A DNA stretch of 21,394 nucleotides from an uncultured Nitrososphaerales archaeon (GCA_963709405.1 CAVPXM010000079.1:1-21394), one strand, 5' to 3'; numbered from the stretch's first letter, positions 1 through 11,567 are shown. The notes: generated from the letters alone by a model not told the origin. Numbers and translations are program-made.

Positions 1-117
1 TTGGGTATTACCTAAATCTAACCCACGATATGAATACCCCGGAATAGAGCCCAACAAGTCGAATTCTTGCTTTCAACTCATATCTCATTACATTGGAGTA
101 CGAGAAAGAGGTGAAAA

Positions 118-303
118 TTCCTAAATATCCATCAATTAGAAAGACAGGGCGCAGACATACAAACCAAGGTGGAAGAATTGGAAGAAATGAATCAATCAGT
201 AAGACAGCGTGATAAAGTAAAGGATGATGCTATAGCACAACTATCAGATCAGCTTGTTTCATTATCAGCCAGGTTGCAGGAGATCGAGAGAAGACAAGGA
301 TAA
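118..303 (+). pseudogene. 3' fragment of a coiled-coil tail resembling the C-terminus of thaumarchaeal tyrosine integrases
   Basis: Frame 1 reads FLNIHQLERQGADIQTKVEELEEMNQSVRQRDKVKDDAIAQLSDQLVSLSARLQEIERRQG*, with an in-frame TGA at 112-114 just upstream. The integrase assignment is from recalled similarity only; no catalytic residues are visible. Confidence 0.4.
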
Positions 304-564
304 CTTCTAAGGTGCAACATAACTGTTAGTCAATCATACTCAGATCTCTGATAAGGCAAGTTGCGGACCTGCATTATTCTAGTCTACAACAGTATTCAAT
401 TCAGTCTAGAAGAAGATAGAAAACGAAGATAAAGAGCTGTGGTATATAAAATCTTCTTTTCTGGCTATTGCAAGTAACATATGTTATGATTTTTCATATC
501 ATATACTTACAAAGAGCTATTATCCATAATATATTTAAGCCTCTTTGCAATATATTGGAGTACT

Positions 565-1560
565 ATGGAGTATAATTGGAAGTCTATTCTAGATAAACTG
601 GAGATCAGCTATATTTCCGAAGGTCCAGAAAGGCAGGTAAAAGCTGTATCATCGATAAATGAGGCCAGAGCAAGTGATCTTGCTATGTGTTACTATGAAA
701 AAGAGAAAGGAGTTTCAATGATCTCACAATCTAGCGCTGGAATAATTCTATGTGCAAAGAGCATGCAAGGACGAGTACACCCAAAAGATGCAAACGACAG
801 CTCATCTTCTTGGATAACCCGAGATACGCTTTCGTTAAAATTATGAATCAGATGTATAATAAGAAAAATACAGCCGGCATTTCTGCTAGATCAGTAATTT
901 CCGAAACTGCTAAGATCGGTTCTGGTTGCTATATAGGTGACTATACTGTAATCGGCGATGATTGCATAATTGGTGATAATACGATGATTGGTACAAGAGT
1001 AAGTCTGCAAAATTGCCATAGTGGAAACAACAGTATTATACAATCAGGAGTGACAATTGGTGAAGACGGCTTTGCGTTTGAGAGAAATGCCGATGGAGAA
1101 CTCGAGAGATTCCCTCACATAAGAGGGGTCAAGATAGGCGATAATGTCGAGGTAGGTGCAAATACCAACATTGCCAGAGGCTCTCTATCTGATACCACAA
1201 TAGGAAACGGCACCAAAATTGCTGATATGGTCCATATAGGTCATAACATTGTAATAGGTAAGCACTGTCAAATCGCAGCAGGAACGGCTATCGGAGGGAG
1301 TACCGAAGATTGGAGATATGTGTTGGACAGGACTGAATTCAACCTTAAGAAAGGTACATGTTGGAAATAATGTCATCGTTGGTGCAGGTGCTGTGGTGAT
1401 ACGCGATGTACCAGACGGGGACATAGTTGCGGGGGTGCCTGCCAAATCAATAAAAGATAAAGTAACTACAGACAAATTATTTCTGATGGCAGGACAAACG
1501 ACAAAGGGGTCATATTTAGAATTAGGATTAGAACGAAAATCTTTGTGTACTATCCCTTAG
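565..1560 (+). CDS. LpxD-like hexapeptide-repeat (left-handed beta-helix) acyltransferase, split by two frameshifts
   Basis: ORFs 565-846, 750-1370 and 1318-1560 join into one protein. It has an LpxD-like N-domain (VSSINEARASDL, DNPRYAF), hexapeptide repeats, IGEDGFAF, GVKIGDNVEVGANTNIARG, DTTIGNGTKIADMVHIGHN, and C-terminal IVGAGAVVIRDVP..VAGVPAK. Confidence 0.85.
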
Positions 1561-1579
1561 AGAACACATAAATTTTAAG

Positions 1580-1845
1580 GAATCTCCTGATTGATGAACG
1601 TATGGACATAAGCCAGCCCAAGAAACCAGTTTTTATGGTGTACTGAAACATGTTATCTCACCAATTTCAGATGCCATCATCATTACAGAAAAGTAGTCTA
1701 TTCCTGTCATACTCATCAGTAGTATTTTAACTGATTCATTCCTTGACGCTTGACATCTTATCTTTTATTCAATATTTTTAATTTCAGTATTCAGAAACTC
1801 TATCCGCCTGATGTATTCGTGTAGTAAGATGTGATCGTTGTCACC
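1580..1845 (-). pseudogene. Internal remnant of an IS110-family transposase
   Basis: Nucleotide similarity to 12975-13235, including shared blocks ccaatttcagatg, attcctgtcatactcatca and tattttaactgattcatt. Encodes a degraded SVKIL.MSMTGIDYFSV.MASEIGEITCFS..KLVSWAGLCP.VHQSG. Confidence 0.8.
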
Positions 1846-1893
1846 ACCGCTACCACAGCCATCTTGTTATGTGAGACCCTCCAGGTCAAGTGT

Positions 1894-2664
1894 TCAGGAA
1901 TAATAGTTCACACCGAGAATGCTTTTGGTCAAAACAAAATTACTTTTCAAAGCAAAATAGGTTCGCAATGCATCTTCTACTTGGTCATAAATTTCAGGGA
2001 GGTAGGAAGGGTGGTTTTTCCACCACTCCAAGACATCATCCACCTTATTAAATTGAATCTTGTTGTACAATCTAACCGTACTAAATCTCTGATAACACTT
2101 GCCTATTTCTTCTATGCTTGATGCATGGATGAAATCGCCTGCAGATTTCATCTGTTCACGAGGATTGGGAATTACATGATTAATAATATTAAAAATTTCT
2201 TGATTATTCATTTTGCCATAACCGCAAATAAAGATGTGACCGTTAGGATTTAGCAGGGAACGTAAAGCGCATAGAACTCCCTTCATGTCTTTGGCATAAT
2301 ATATAGCATAGCAGGATAGAATGAGATCAAATTTAGAATCATGCAACAAATTGATGCATTCGTCGAAAGATCCTTTCATAGCTCTGATTTGTTTTAGTTG
2401 GTTCGTCTTGGCCTTTTCATTAACTTCAGTCACAGCCTCTTGTGATATATCAATACCCAAAATAGAACCTCCTGGTGAAACTAGGTCGGCAAAAGGGAAG
2501 GTATGTTTTCCTGTTCCACAGCCGAGATCTAAGACTCGCATCCCAGGATATGGTTTGCATTGCTTAATAACCCAGTCTTCCAATTTATAAAGTGTGCCCT
2601 TACTGTTGAGGTATCTCCGCCTCTTCAGCGTCTCATAGTACTGCATATCAATCCGTTCAACCAA
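1894..2664 (-). CDS. Class I SAM-dependent methyltransferase
   Basis: Intact 256-aa ORF with motif I VLDLGCGTG, GIDIS, FDLILS and LLNPNGHIFI. Confidence 0.9.
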   Translation of the reverse strand: MVERIDMQYYETLKRRRYLNSKGTLYKLEDWVIKQCKPYPGMRVLDLGCGTGKHTFPFADLVSPGGSILGIDISQEAVTEVNEKAKTNQLKQIRAMKGSFDECINLLHDSKFDLILSCYAIYYAKDMKGVLCALRSLLNPNGHIFICGYGKMNNQEIFNIINHVIPNPREQMKSAGDFIHASSIEEIGKCYQRFSTVRLYNKIQFNKVDDVLEWWKNHPSYLPEIYDQVEDALRTYFALKSNFVLTKSILGVNYYS

Positions 2665-3564
2665 GGTCGTTCAGTATCTTACTCCCAGTTCTTCAAATTA
2701 GTGGCTTAATATCATCTCGATTATAAAAAGGATTTGGCAATTGAGTATAAATGGTTTATTCAAGATGAAATTCAGTAGTTAAAAGATCTTCAAATACAAT
2801 CACTGTTAGGTCATGCCATCACTTTTTGACAATTATTTTTGTTTTATAGGTGTTAGTTAAGTCCCTGTGGAGGAATTAGTACTATCTGATGATGGCGAAA
2901 ATGTTACACTCGACGCTGGATAACGGTATTCCAGTTACCGTTAAGTCTTCGTACTATAATAGATTAAAAACTCCATTATAGTTTGGGTATGAAGACAAAA
3001 CAAACTAAATGAGTGAATGTGATTTACGCATAACAGAATTCCAGTTAGGCATGCTGGCGACACTAATCCATAAGGAGAGAATGCAGGTCTATGATGATCA
3101 GTTAATGATCGATGCACTAAAGGATATCTTAAGCCGTATAGTAAAGGCAAAAACTGATGTAGAGAAACAGGTATGAACTACAGTGACGAGATTTAAGTCG
3201 TACTATATTAGGATAGAAACACACGATTGACAGCAATGTAGTCGTTTAGTGTTCCCAGTAGTTTAAGTTGTATTATGATATGGTAGAAACTGAGTATATA
3301 AACCGAAATTATCTGATTTTTCTTTACATATTACAACTATTTAGCATAATGCAAAATTGTGCCCATTTTGTGACTGTCAATAGAGATCGCTTCATGTGTT
3401 CAAAAAGGGTCTGGATACAAAGACATCAGATTGCGGGTAAATAGATGAGACTATTGGATCGGTCTACACTTTTGTCACTCCTATCTAGTGGGTCGGCCAA
3501 TTATAATTATACTTCTCCAAAATGAGATAAGCCATCAAGGTCTTATCTATAGAATGGAGCATTT

Positions 3565-3740
3565 GGCGTGCCTCATGATATACATTGATTCCTATTATCA
3601 TTGTCTATGTCTACCAAAGACGTGGTCTATAAATTTGATCTCTCAATCGAGAAAACCCTTTTAATTTGATATGTTTCACACCGTTATTAGAAGAGGCTAT
3701 TTCCGATATGATTACAGGACTTGCGGAAATCCCGTTTTGT
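3565..3740 (+). repeat. Primase-associated non-coding repeat, copy A (long form)
   Basis: Aligns with 5488-5675 through gcg(t/c)gcctcatgata, atcattgtctatgt, ttttaat, tgtttca(c/t)accgttat(t/c)agaaga and tatttccga. Confidence 0.75.
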
Positions 3741-3888
3741 CTGACATGAATCATCTGCTAAGTTGAGACTTCTCCTATGTGTATAGATGAAGGCCGAATA
3801 TAATCGGTGAGCGCCTTCTAAAAGAAATGCATTTAATTTTGTAATTATGCCATGATATAACTCTATACATCAAATCCCCCCATCTTGA

Positions 3889-4004
3889 AGAATGTTTATA
3901 ATCTGGTGCGCCGCACACCTATTAGAAAAGACACTATTTCCGATAAATTAGTGCTCTGCTCTTGAATGTACAATATAGCCTGATTGAATTTCGACTACGA
4001 GAAT
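3889..4004 (+). repeat. Primase-associated non-coding repeat, copy B, directly downstream of primase copy 1
   Basis: agaatgtttataatctggtgcgccgcacacctattagaaaagacactatttccgata matches the copies at 6039, 9457 and 14810. Confidence 0.8.
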
Positions 4005-4620
4005 CTATGATTTAGTCAATACATTGTACAAGTACGAATTTTCTATCTTTAATTTCTCCAAACTTATAGGTAGATATCCACTCTTAGCAGAATTAATATT
4101 ATATTTAATTATGTAATTAGGACTAAAATCTAATCTTCTTAGTGAACTGCATCTATCTAGCCAATTCTTTATTGTTCCAGATGCCTCTTCTGGTGAATAT
4201 TTTCTAATATTGATAAGATAAGGAGCAAGGATGCGCCATAGTGCAAATTACCTGTATCCATCCACTGGTGTTTCCAATAGTTTTTCAAACCATCGGATAG
4301 TAGTTGTATTGCTGGTCTGAGTGCGCGCCCTCTTATTATCTATTAGTCTTTGCTTCATCTTTTCATTGATTAACCACAACTGAAAATAACGTAACAGATA
4401 GTTTATGGCTGGCCTTTGATCATATCATCGCTGTATTATTTTAACTTCCTGTCTGCATTTCGAATTTATGGTCCCAGGAACTCTCACAAGACATGAGTTT
4501 ACCGTAGGAATATGTTGATGATCTCCTTTCTTACTCGTTAGAAACTCTTCTGAAAATTGCATGAATTTGGAAGTCAGATCTTTTCCATTTGGATCTAAAA
4601 ATTTTGCAAATACGTTCTCT
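4005..4620 (-). pseudogene. AEP primase-PriX fusion, copy 1 (5'-truncated, frameshifted)
   Basis: Homologous to about 9593-10215. Reads FAKFLDPNGKDLTSKFMQFSEEFLTSKKGD...SCLVRVPGTINSKC...GYLPISLEKLKIENSYLYNVLTKS*; catalytic motifs I and II are missing. Confidence 0.85.
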
Positions 4621-4669
4621 TAATTTAAGATACATCAACGATAAATAATGTGAGAATGATGTATAACAA

Positions 4670-5421
4670 ATGACAGATCAAAAAGTTGCGATCATAATAG
4701 GTGGTAGTTCGGGTATTGGAAGGACAACTGCAGCTGTGCTTGCCAAAGATGGAGTTAAGGTTACTGTATCTGCGCGCCGTGCTACGGAAGGAGAGGAAAC
4801 CGTGCGACTAGTCAAAGAAGCTGGAAGTGACGGCATCTTTGTAAAGACAGATGTGACAAACGAAGATGATGTCACGTCACTTGTAGAGAAAACAGTCAAG
4901 GAATATGGTAGGCTCGATTATGCATTTAATAATGCTGGGATAGAAGAAATGATGACACCGTTATTAGATCAGACATCAGATGTTTTTGATCGGATTATGA
5001 ACGTAAATGTCAAAGGCGTTTGGTTGTGCATGAAATATGAGATTCCACAGATGATAAAGAGTGAGGGGGAGCAATAGTAAACATGTCTTCTATAGCCGGC
5101 GTTATAGGATTTCCACATATCCCAATCTATAGCGCGAGCAAACATGCTGTACTTGGACTGACCAAATCAGCTGCACTAGAATATTCCAAATCTGGAATCA
5201 GAATAAACGCTGTCGCTCCAGGTGCAGTTGAAACTGACATGGCTAAACGACTAGTGGGAGACAACAAGCAGTTTCTAGAAACAGTAAAGTCAATGCATCC
5301 TATAGGACGCATTGGCAATCCTGAAGAGATTGCAAATGCAGTAGCCTGGTTATTGTCTGACAAGGCATCTTTTGTCTTAGGTCACACATTGTTAATTGAT
5401 GGAGGAATGGTTAGTAGATAG
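4670..5421 (+). CDS. Short-chain dehydrogenase/reductase (glucose-1-dehydrogenase/FabG-like), one frameshift
   Basis: Motifs GGSSGIG, NNAG, YSASK and GIRINAVAPG. The break between ORFs 4670-5077 and 5083-5421 falls at a G homopolymer near 5065-5069. Confidence 0.92.
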
Positions 5422-5487
5422 ATAGTAGATGTGACCGTTTAAATGTAGAACACGTATATGTATGCATGATTCTAGGGTCTACTTTTT

Positions 5488-5675
5488 AGCGCGCCTCATG
5501 ATAGATATACACATATTTTTATCATCATTGTCTATGTATAATGATTATTAGTCTATACATTTTATGTTTTAATTCAGAAAAGGCTTTTAATGTGACGTGT
5601 TTCATACCGTTATCAGAAGATACTATTTCCGAGATAATTATATTGGACTTATCAAAATCTGATATCGCCCAGTAT
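5488..5675 (+). repeat. Primase-associated non-coding repeat, copy C (long form, no adjacent primase)
   Basis: Aligns with 3565-3740 and more weakly with 14734-14900; starts at agcgcgcc. Confidence 0.75.
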
Positions 5676-5746
5676 GTTCAACCTGCTGGACATTAACACA
5701 ATTTAATACATTGTTTTAAATCGACTAATTGCTTTATCTATAGATA

Positions 5747-5990
5747 TCAATTTATAGAGTCTGCAAGCTTCGAGGGCAATTCCGTGTATGCTATACCGGT
5801 GAGGTTGCCCTGAGCGTAGAGCAGTATCTTTTTATCCGATCCATTGAGTTTGGCAAGAATCGACAGATCCAGCTAAGTCAGTCAAAAACATTCGTTCCCC
5901 TTTGAGATCAAGAGCGATACCGATTCCCTCCTGCAAGTGGGTTAGTAGAATCTCTGGAGCCTTTCTCTTGCTCAGATCCGACATGGCACC
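5747..5990 (-). pseudogene. 3' fragment of a YWTD/LDL-receptor-class-B-like beta-propeller protein
   Basis: Reads APEILLTHLQEGIGIALDLKGERMFLTDLAGSV..., then after a frameshift NGSDKKILLYAQGNLTGIAYTELPSKLADSIN*. No 5' part is present. Confidence 0.6.
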
Positions 5991-6038
5991 TAAATTCTTG
6001 TCATCGTACCTAGGCCTCACTCTATCCATCAGATATCC

Positions 6039-6170
6039 CATTTTAGAGAATGTTTATAATCTTGCGCACCGCACATCTGTATTAGAAGACACTTTTTCTG
6101 ATATACTTATTCTGGATCTGAGAGAATATCCGATGTAATCTAATTTGGATTACGATTTCATTATCTATCA
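6039..6170 (+). repeat. Primase-associated non-coding repeat, copy D (no adjacent primase)
   Basis: cattttagagaatgtttat at 6039-6057 is identical to 9457-9475. It is followed by tattagaagacac, a tggat/atccg hairpin, gattacga and ttatcta. Confidence 0.8.
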
Positions 6171-6279
6171 CTGTCTATTATCATGCAATTTTAGTCGAAC
6201 TCAAACTATGGCTAGGTGAAATCACAGTAAGGAAAAATGAAACGTATGTTTATTAATTATGTAAAGTAATGTCTGCACG

Positions 6280-7276
6280 TTGATTGCAAATAATAAAAGG
6301 CATTCACAGAAATCATTAGTTTTGAGCCATTTGCTCATAGTAGTAATTTCTGGAATACTGTTATTCAGCGGAATCGCCATTAATTTGAATAATAATAGTC
6401 AAGCACAAGCACAAGAGCAGCAACAACAAGCAGGCCAGATAAAGGCCAACAAATTGTGGGAAACACCTACCAACCTAAAGAATCCAGAATCAGTAGCTTA
6501 TGCATCCAAACAAAATGTCTTGTTCGTCTCAAATGTAAATGGAAAACCAAATCAAAAGGATCAAAATGGATTCATTTCTGAGGTTTCACCTTCTAACGGG
6601 AGTATAATTAACTTGAATTGGGTGACAGGACTAGATGCACCAAAGGGTATAGTCATTTCAAATGATGGTAGTAAATTATATGTTTCAGACATTACAAACT
6701 TAGTAGAGATAGATATTGCAAATGGAAAAATAATCAAGCGCTTCAATGCACCAGGAATCTCTTTCTTAATGATGTTGTATCAGATAATCTAGGAAATATC
6801 TATGTATCATACTTGTACCAATACTATCTACAAGAGCCAGATGTGAATCTTGGTAATAGTACACTTCTTTAGAAGATTGGTTACAAAGCCCACAATTAAA
6901 TGGCCCTAATGGTTTGCATATAGACAATAACAAAAATAAATTAATTGTTGTTTCTTTGGGACCTTTAAGTAAACCTGGAGGAGGCATGGAGGTTATCGAT
7001 ATAAAAAATAAGACGATAAGCAGTTTAGGAGAACAAGGAACTACATCTCCTTTTGGTGGTCTTGACGGAATAGTGTCCGATACTACCGGAACACATTACT
7101 ACGTTACTGACAATCCTGCAGGAAAGATATATGATGTTAATGCTGATGGAACTGGATATGTAACTTTGATAGATTTACACACAATCGGCGCTCGCTGACC
7201 TAGGATCTATACCAGGCCAAAGTACGATTATAATACCTCTTATGCAGGATAACAAACTTGTAGTTACAAGTTATAA
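6280..7276 (+). CDS. Membrane-anchored or secreted SMP-30/gluconolactonase-like beta-propeller protein, frameshifted
   Basis: N-terminal hydrophobic segment and Q-rich linker, then LKNPESV, LFVSNVNG, NGFISEVS, WVTGLDAPKG, LYVSDI, LNGPNGL, GGLDGI and ADLG..P. There are several frame breaks; the end coordinate is approximate. Confidence 0.75.
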
Positions 7277-7383
7277 CAATAGAAACCTATGAGTAGTTGC
7301 AAATAATTAATTCTCTATGACCTTCTCTTTTTGATGCTTTATAACAAATAGGTCTTTTTGAGTCAGTCTTTGGATTATATTTA

Positions 7384-7587
7384 GATAAATGCACACATCC
7401 AGATGGATGCCACTGGCATATACTTCAGCCGGGTAAGGGCTTTCAATTCCATTCGAAGGAGTTTGTAAGGGGCTATGTCATCGGATGGTGCTCAGTTATG
7501 TCATCGAATGGAGGAAGTGATGCAGACCAAGCAAGTTTTGACTGTGCAAAGGGTCCAGATTCTGCTTCATGGGTGATAGTCAAATAA
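7384..7587 (+). pseudogene. 3' fragment of a Cys-containing hypothetical protein
   Basis: Open frame DKCTHPDGCHWHILQPGKGFQFHSKEFVRGYVIGWCSVMSSNGGSDADQASFDCAKGPDSASWVIVK* with no start codon at its 5' end. Confidence 0.4.
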
Positions 7588-7602
7588 TCATGATGCGAGA
7601 GA

Positions 7603-8031
7603 ATGAAAATATTACTTAGCGCACTTGCAATCGTGGTATTACTAGCGGCCATGGCACCAGTTGTGTCGCTGGACGCAAAACAGACGGCTATGGCAAAGGC
7701 ACCACTGGAGTATGTAGATGCATGGTTGGATGGATATCATAATTATTTACATGGAAAGATGTTACATGATGATATCCACACAGGTATATATAACTGGGGA
7801 TATAGTGATGGATGGAATTACGGAGTAGCACATAACTCAATAACGAAAAATATCAAGAATCATAATATAATAGTTCCAAAAGTCAAAGACATCAGGTATG
7901 TTGACGGATGGATAGATGGTTTTAGAGCAATGATACACGAACTGCCTCGGAATGTTACAGGACATACGATAAGTTACACGAGGGGATTTTATGCAGGATA
8001 TGATGCACCAGACTTTGGACCGCCACCCTAG
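7603..8031 (+). CDS. Secreted hypothetical protein with repeated Y-x-x-G-[YWF]-x-x-G-[YWF] motifs
   Basis: 142-aa ORF with a signal-peptide-like N-terminus and an internal duplication (YVDAWLDGY...HTGIYNWGYSDGW / YVDGWIDGF...HTISYTRGFYAGY). Confidence 0.7.
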   Translation: MKILLSALAIVVLLAAMAPVVSLDAKQTAMAKAPLEYVDAWLDGYHNYLHGKMLHDDIHTGIYNWGYSDGWNYGVAHNSITKNIKNHNIIVPKVKDIRYVDGWIDGFRAMIHELPRNVTGHTISYTRGFYAGYDAPDFGPPP

Positions 8032-8322
8032 CGCTGGCCCAATAGGACTTGTACGCCTGCCGTGATATCAGTTATTAGTTCCGTAACGAGGCCTACGAAC
8101 ACGTTATCAGCGCCCGTAAGATCGGGGATGATAGGGTTGTTAAAGACGCGCCCGTTCGTACCGACATAAGCCATGGCAAAGGGCGCGCTGGTATCGCCGC
8201 CTAACGAGAATTGAGTAATGCCTGTAACATCATTTCCGCTCCCCCGATCACGTCTGGTATCCTATGACGTTTCTTCCCTGTTTACTTATAGGATCGCCGG
8301 TAGGACCCCCTGTGAAGGCCAT
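8028..8322 (-). pseudogene. Possible small frameshifted hypothetical gene, GC-richer than its surroundings
   Basis: MAFTGGPTGDPISKQGRNVIG.., then after a shift GSGNDVTGITQFSLGGDTSAPFAMAYVGTNGRVFNNPIIPDLTGADNVFVGLVTELITDITAGVQVLLGQR*. Its stop overlaps the stop of 7603-8031 (ctag). Confidence 0.35.
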
Positions 8323-8393
8323 GACTGAGATACACATGAAGTTTTATCTATTCAATGTCCAGATATATTGAACAGTCAGGCTATACAGATAAT

Positions 8394-9449
8394 AGATCTC
8401 TTGCGTAATTAGCAGTTATGATCTATTAATGCTGCCTATTTTGACTGTATTCTTAGATTGAAATCTTGTTAGACTGCATCACTCTGAAGTTCAGTATACC
8501 GGATACAATATCAGATATGTTATTGTACCTTCTTAGTTTGTTTCTGAACTTATATACCCATTATTCCAAACTTCTTGATCTTGCATATGGTGTGTTCTAC
8601 TATCTATGATCCTGAGTCTTGAGTGATTCTTGTTGTATTTCATATCGTCATTTGAAAGCAAGGTATTCTTTTTCTTTTTAATGGGAAGTACAGACTTTAC
8701 TGTGGGAAAGTCCTTTTCAATACCAAGATAACCAAGATCAACTATGTTGTCAACTTGTGATGGAGTTATAGTAGGATGATTGTGTTTGTAAATGTCATAA
8801 TCATGTTTTCTTCCATTCCTGTGACCTGTCTTATGCAGGATCAAACCTTCAGTATTAACCATCAATTGTGTCTTGACAGTATGTTTCCTCTTTCTACCTG
8901 AATAGTAACTCTTTCTCTTTCTCTTGTTCTTAGGTCTTGGAATCTCCTGTTCTGTAGAGTCTATGAAAGCCTTGAATCCAGGGAAGTACTGTTCAACTTC
9001 CTCTATAGTTCTTAATCTCTTAGTACGTTTGTATATCTTCTTTGGCAATGGAATACACTCCTTTAGCAAAGATTCTAGGATAGTCAAATCTCTAAATACA
9101 TTGCTCTGGTCAAGATCAAATAGAAATCCCGATAATGCATATGTAATGTACAATCGATAATAAATAAACCAAAAGCATTAGAAGTCTTTCTCTTGGTTTC
9201 AGTTTAAACGGTCTACCGGCACCAACATCTCTTTTCCTCTTCCTTTTAGAAAGACGTCTTCTTTCATATTCCTCATATTTCGAGTCCATTTCTGTGCTTA
9301 TTTGATCAAATTCTGGTACAGTTAGTCCAGTAAGTGACCTGAATAACAAAGGCTTTTTGCATAGTCTTCTATATGACATCAAAGAGATATCACATAAATA
9401 TCCTATATGACGTCGAATATAGCTGTGCTTCTAATTACGCAAGAGATCT
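8394..9449 (-). mobile_element. IS5-family insertion sequence (ISL2/IS702-like), 1056 bp, both ends intact
   Basis: Perfect 19-bp terminal inverted repeats agatctcttgcgtaattag (8394-8412 / 9431-9449), with a 3-bp direct repeat AAT at 8391-8393 and 9450-9452. Confidence 0.9.
8453..9379 (-). CDS. IS5-family DDE transposase (HTH + DDE_Tnp_4-like), frameshifted
   Basis: FRSLTGLTVPEF, GAGRPFKL, FIDSTEQEIPRP, YYSGRKRKHTVKTQ, GRKHD and DLGYLG; the C-terminus ...SDIVSGILNFR...SI* ends at 8453. Confidence 0.88.
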
Positions 9450-9456
9450 AATGTCT

Positions 9457-9592
9457 CATTTTAGAGAATGTTTATTATCTGATATGCTGCATATCGTTAA
9501 TAGAAGCACTTTTCAGATATCGCTAAACCGGACCTGCTTTGTTGTCCGACTTGGTCTGATTCTGATTACGAATATCAGAGTTCGTTATCTAC
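9457..9592 (+). repeat. Primase-associated non-coding repeat, copy E, directly downstream of primase copy 2
   Basis: Matches copies B, D and F. The IS at 8394-9449 abuts its left edge. Confidence 0.8.
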
Positions 9593-10642
9593 CTAAGATT
9601 TAGCCAACATATTGTGCAAGTGCGCATTTTCCGTCTTTAGTTTTTCGAGACTTATTGGTAGATAACCATTCCTCTTTGCAGAATTAATATTATACTTGAT
9701 CATATAATTAGGATTAAACTCTAATCGCCTTAACTGGTCTGCATCTATCAAGCCAATTCTTTAGTGTACCAGAAGCCTCCTCAGTCGAATATTTTCTAAT
9801 ATTAATAAGATAAGGAGCCAGGATGCGCCATACTGCAAATTTTCTATAATCATCTATTGGAGTTTGTAGTAGTTTCTCATTCACCGAATTTTAGTCGAAT
9901 TGACAGTCTGAGCGCGCGCCCTTCTACTATTAGTCATAGTCTGAGTTGCTCTATCTTTTCATTTATGAGCCATCTTCTAAAATCGCGTAATAGATAGTTT
10001 ATCGCAGGTCTTTGACCATCCCATCGTTGTATGATTTTAACCACCTGCCCACATTTCGAATTTATGGTTCCTGGAATCCTAACCAAACATGAATTTATAG
10101 ATGGATTATGTTGAGGATCTCCTTTTTTATTCGTTAGAAAATCTTCTGCAAATTGCATGAATTTACTGGTGAGATCTTTTCCATTTGGGTCTATAAATTT
10201 TGCAAATACGTCTTCTTCCTCCAGGATAAATCCTTCCATAGGTTGATAGATATGATAGCCATTGCCAGTCCATAATACAGTAGGATGGCCGTGCATAATA
10301 GTTTCGATCTTCTTTAAGACTCTATTCATAGCTCTATCGAGTTTATCTTTCGATGTAAAGTCTTTGAGATCTATATCTATCATTAGAAAACTGATGGAGT
10401 TCTATTAATTTCACTATATTTAGTAAATGAAGGATAGGCATTGATCCTACAATCTTCAAAGTTTGATGTTCTAAAATAGTTAAGAACTTCCGTCTTGTTG
10501 AATGCTTCCTTTTGATGACCCCAGGGCTTTTGTCATAATATTTCTTGGGAATATCGGTTCTTGTAAATGAGTTAGAATGAAGCTTAGGTTCTGCTCTATT
10601 TCAGTTAAATCCTGACTACCAAGGGGGTAAGATTTCTTTCAA
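9593..10642 (-). CDS. AEP primase-PriX fusion, copy 2 (near full length, frameshifted)
   Basis: LSFILTHLQEPIFPRNI, DCRINAYPSF, motif I MIDID, motif II WTGNGYHIY and CLVRIPGTINSK. C-terminal EKLLQTPIDDYRKFAVWRILAPYLINIRK...YLPISLEKLKTENAHLHNMLAKS*. Start is approximate. Confidence 0.85.
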
Positions 10643-10657
10643 CCCTATATATCCTAT

Positions 10658-11182
10658 ATCACCCCAAATGTAGTATATGCTACAGACAGAAGGATAATCA
10701 TAAGAGATCCATTACATGCTAGGGCTTGAAAATATTGTAGACATCCCATATGATATTATTACAAGTGTTAAACTTGAGAAAAATATATTGTCATCTACAA
10801 TTAGATTCAAAACTGCAGGATTAGTCAGTTCTACGAGATTAGGAATGGATGGAAGAGATTATTGATTGGACAGGAGGATGAAGAAGGTGGGAAAATTGAA
10901 TCTATTCCAAAGAAAAAAGATGAGGATTTAATTGAAATAATAAGATCCGGAATGCAAAGTAGTAAAAAATCTCCTTCCTCTGAACGACAAGAATCGTCCT
11001 GTCACACCCAACCAGAAACTGTACACACTAAAGGGGAGACTGCTACTCAAATTCAACCGGATAGCCAATCAGTAACATCCATAGCTGATGAATTAGCTAA
11101 ACTTGCAAAATTAAGGGATCAAGGAGTAATTACAGAAGCAGAATTTGTACAGATGAAAGGCAATTTAATAAAGAGAACGTAG
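10658..11182 (+). pseudogene. PH-like domain plus C-terminal SHOCT domain protein, 5'-truncated and frameshifted
   Basis: ITPNVVYATDRRIIIRDP..ENIVDIPYDIITSVKLEK resembles a bacterial PH domain; SIADELAKLAKLRDQGVITEAEFVQMKGNL matches SHOCT. Confidence 0.75.
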
Positions 11183-11567
11183 ATGAGAGATTGCATTTAA
11201 AAATCACTTTACAACGATCTTTTACGTTCAGTCAAGTCAGAAATTTCTTATCGGATGTTTAATTCTACAATAGAAAGAAATCTTCTTCTATTATACAGAC
11301 ATAGATCATTCTTTTCTAAATGAAATCACTTTCACCGCAAATGGTACAACCAATGTTGGAATGCGCTATTAGTAATAATATCATTAATTAGACAAGAAAA
11401 GGAAGAATTTGATTGCGGAATATACCATATTTCATCCTCATTTGAATTCATTCTAAAATAACCTAGGTAATAGAGAAAATAGATGCTTTGTTGCATGATT
11501 CATTATGTTGTAAGTGATATTTATTTGACCACTCCGCATTTCAGTTACTAATAGTAATTATTCTGAT

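Noticed and set aside
2921-3207. 8-bp hairpin taacggta/taccgtta and the nearby imperfect repeat ttaagtc(ttc)gtactata
   Set aside because: Too short and isolated to assign a function or distinguish from chance.
5902-6138. 78-aa plus-strand ORF
   Set aside because: It is antisense to the propeller fragment and runs into repeat D; there are no recognisable motifs.
9373-9603. 76-aa plus-strand ORF over the IS end and repeat E
   Set aside because: It spans an IS terminus and the frame is not conserved in other repeat copies.
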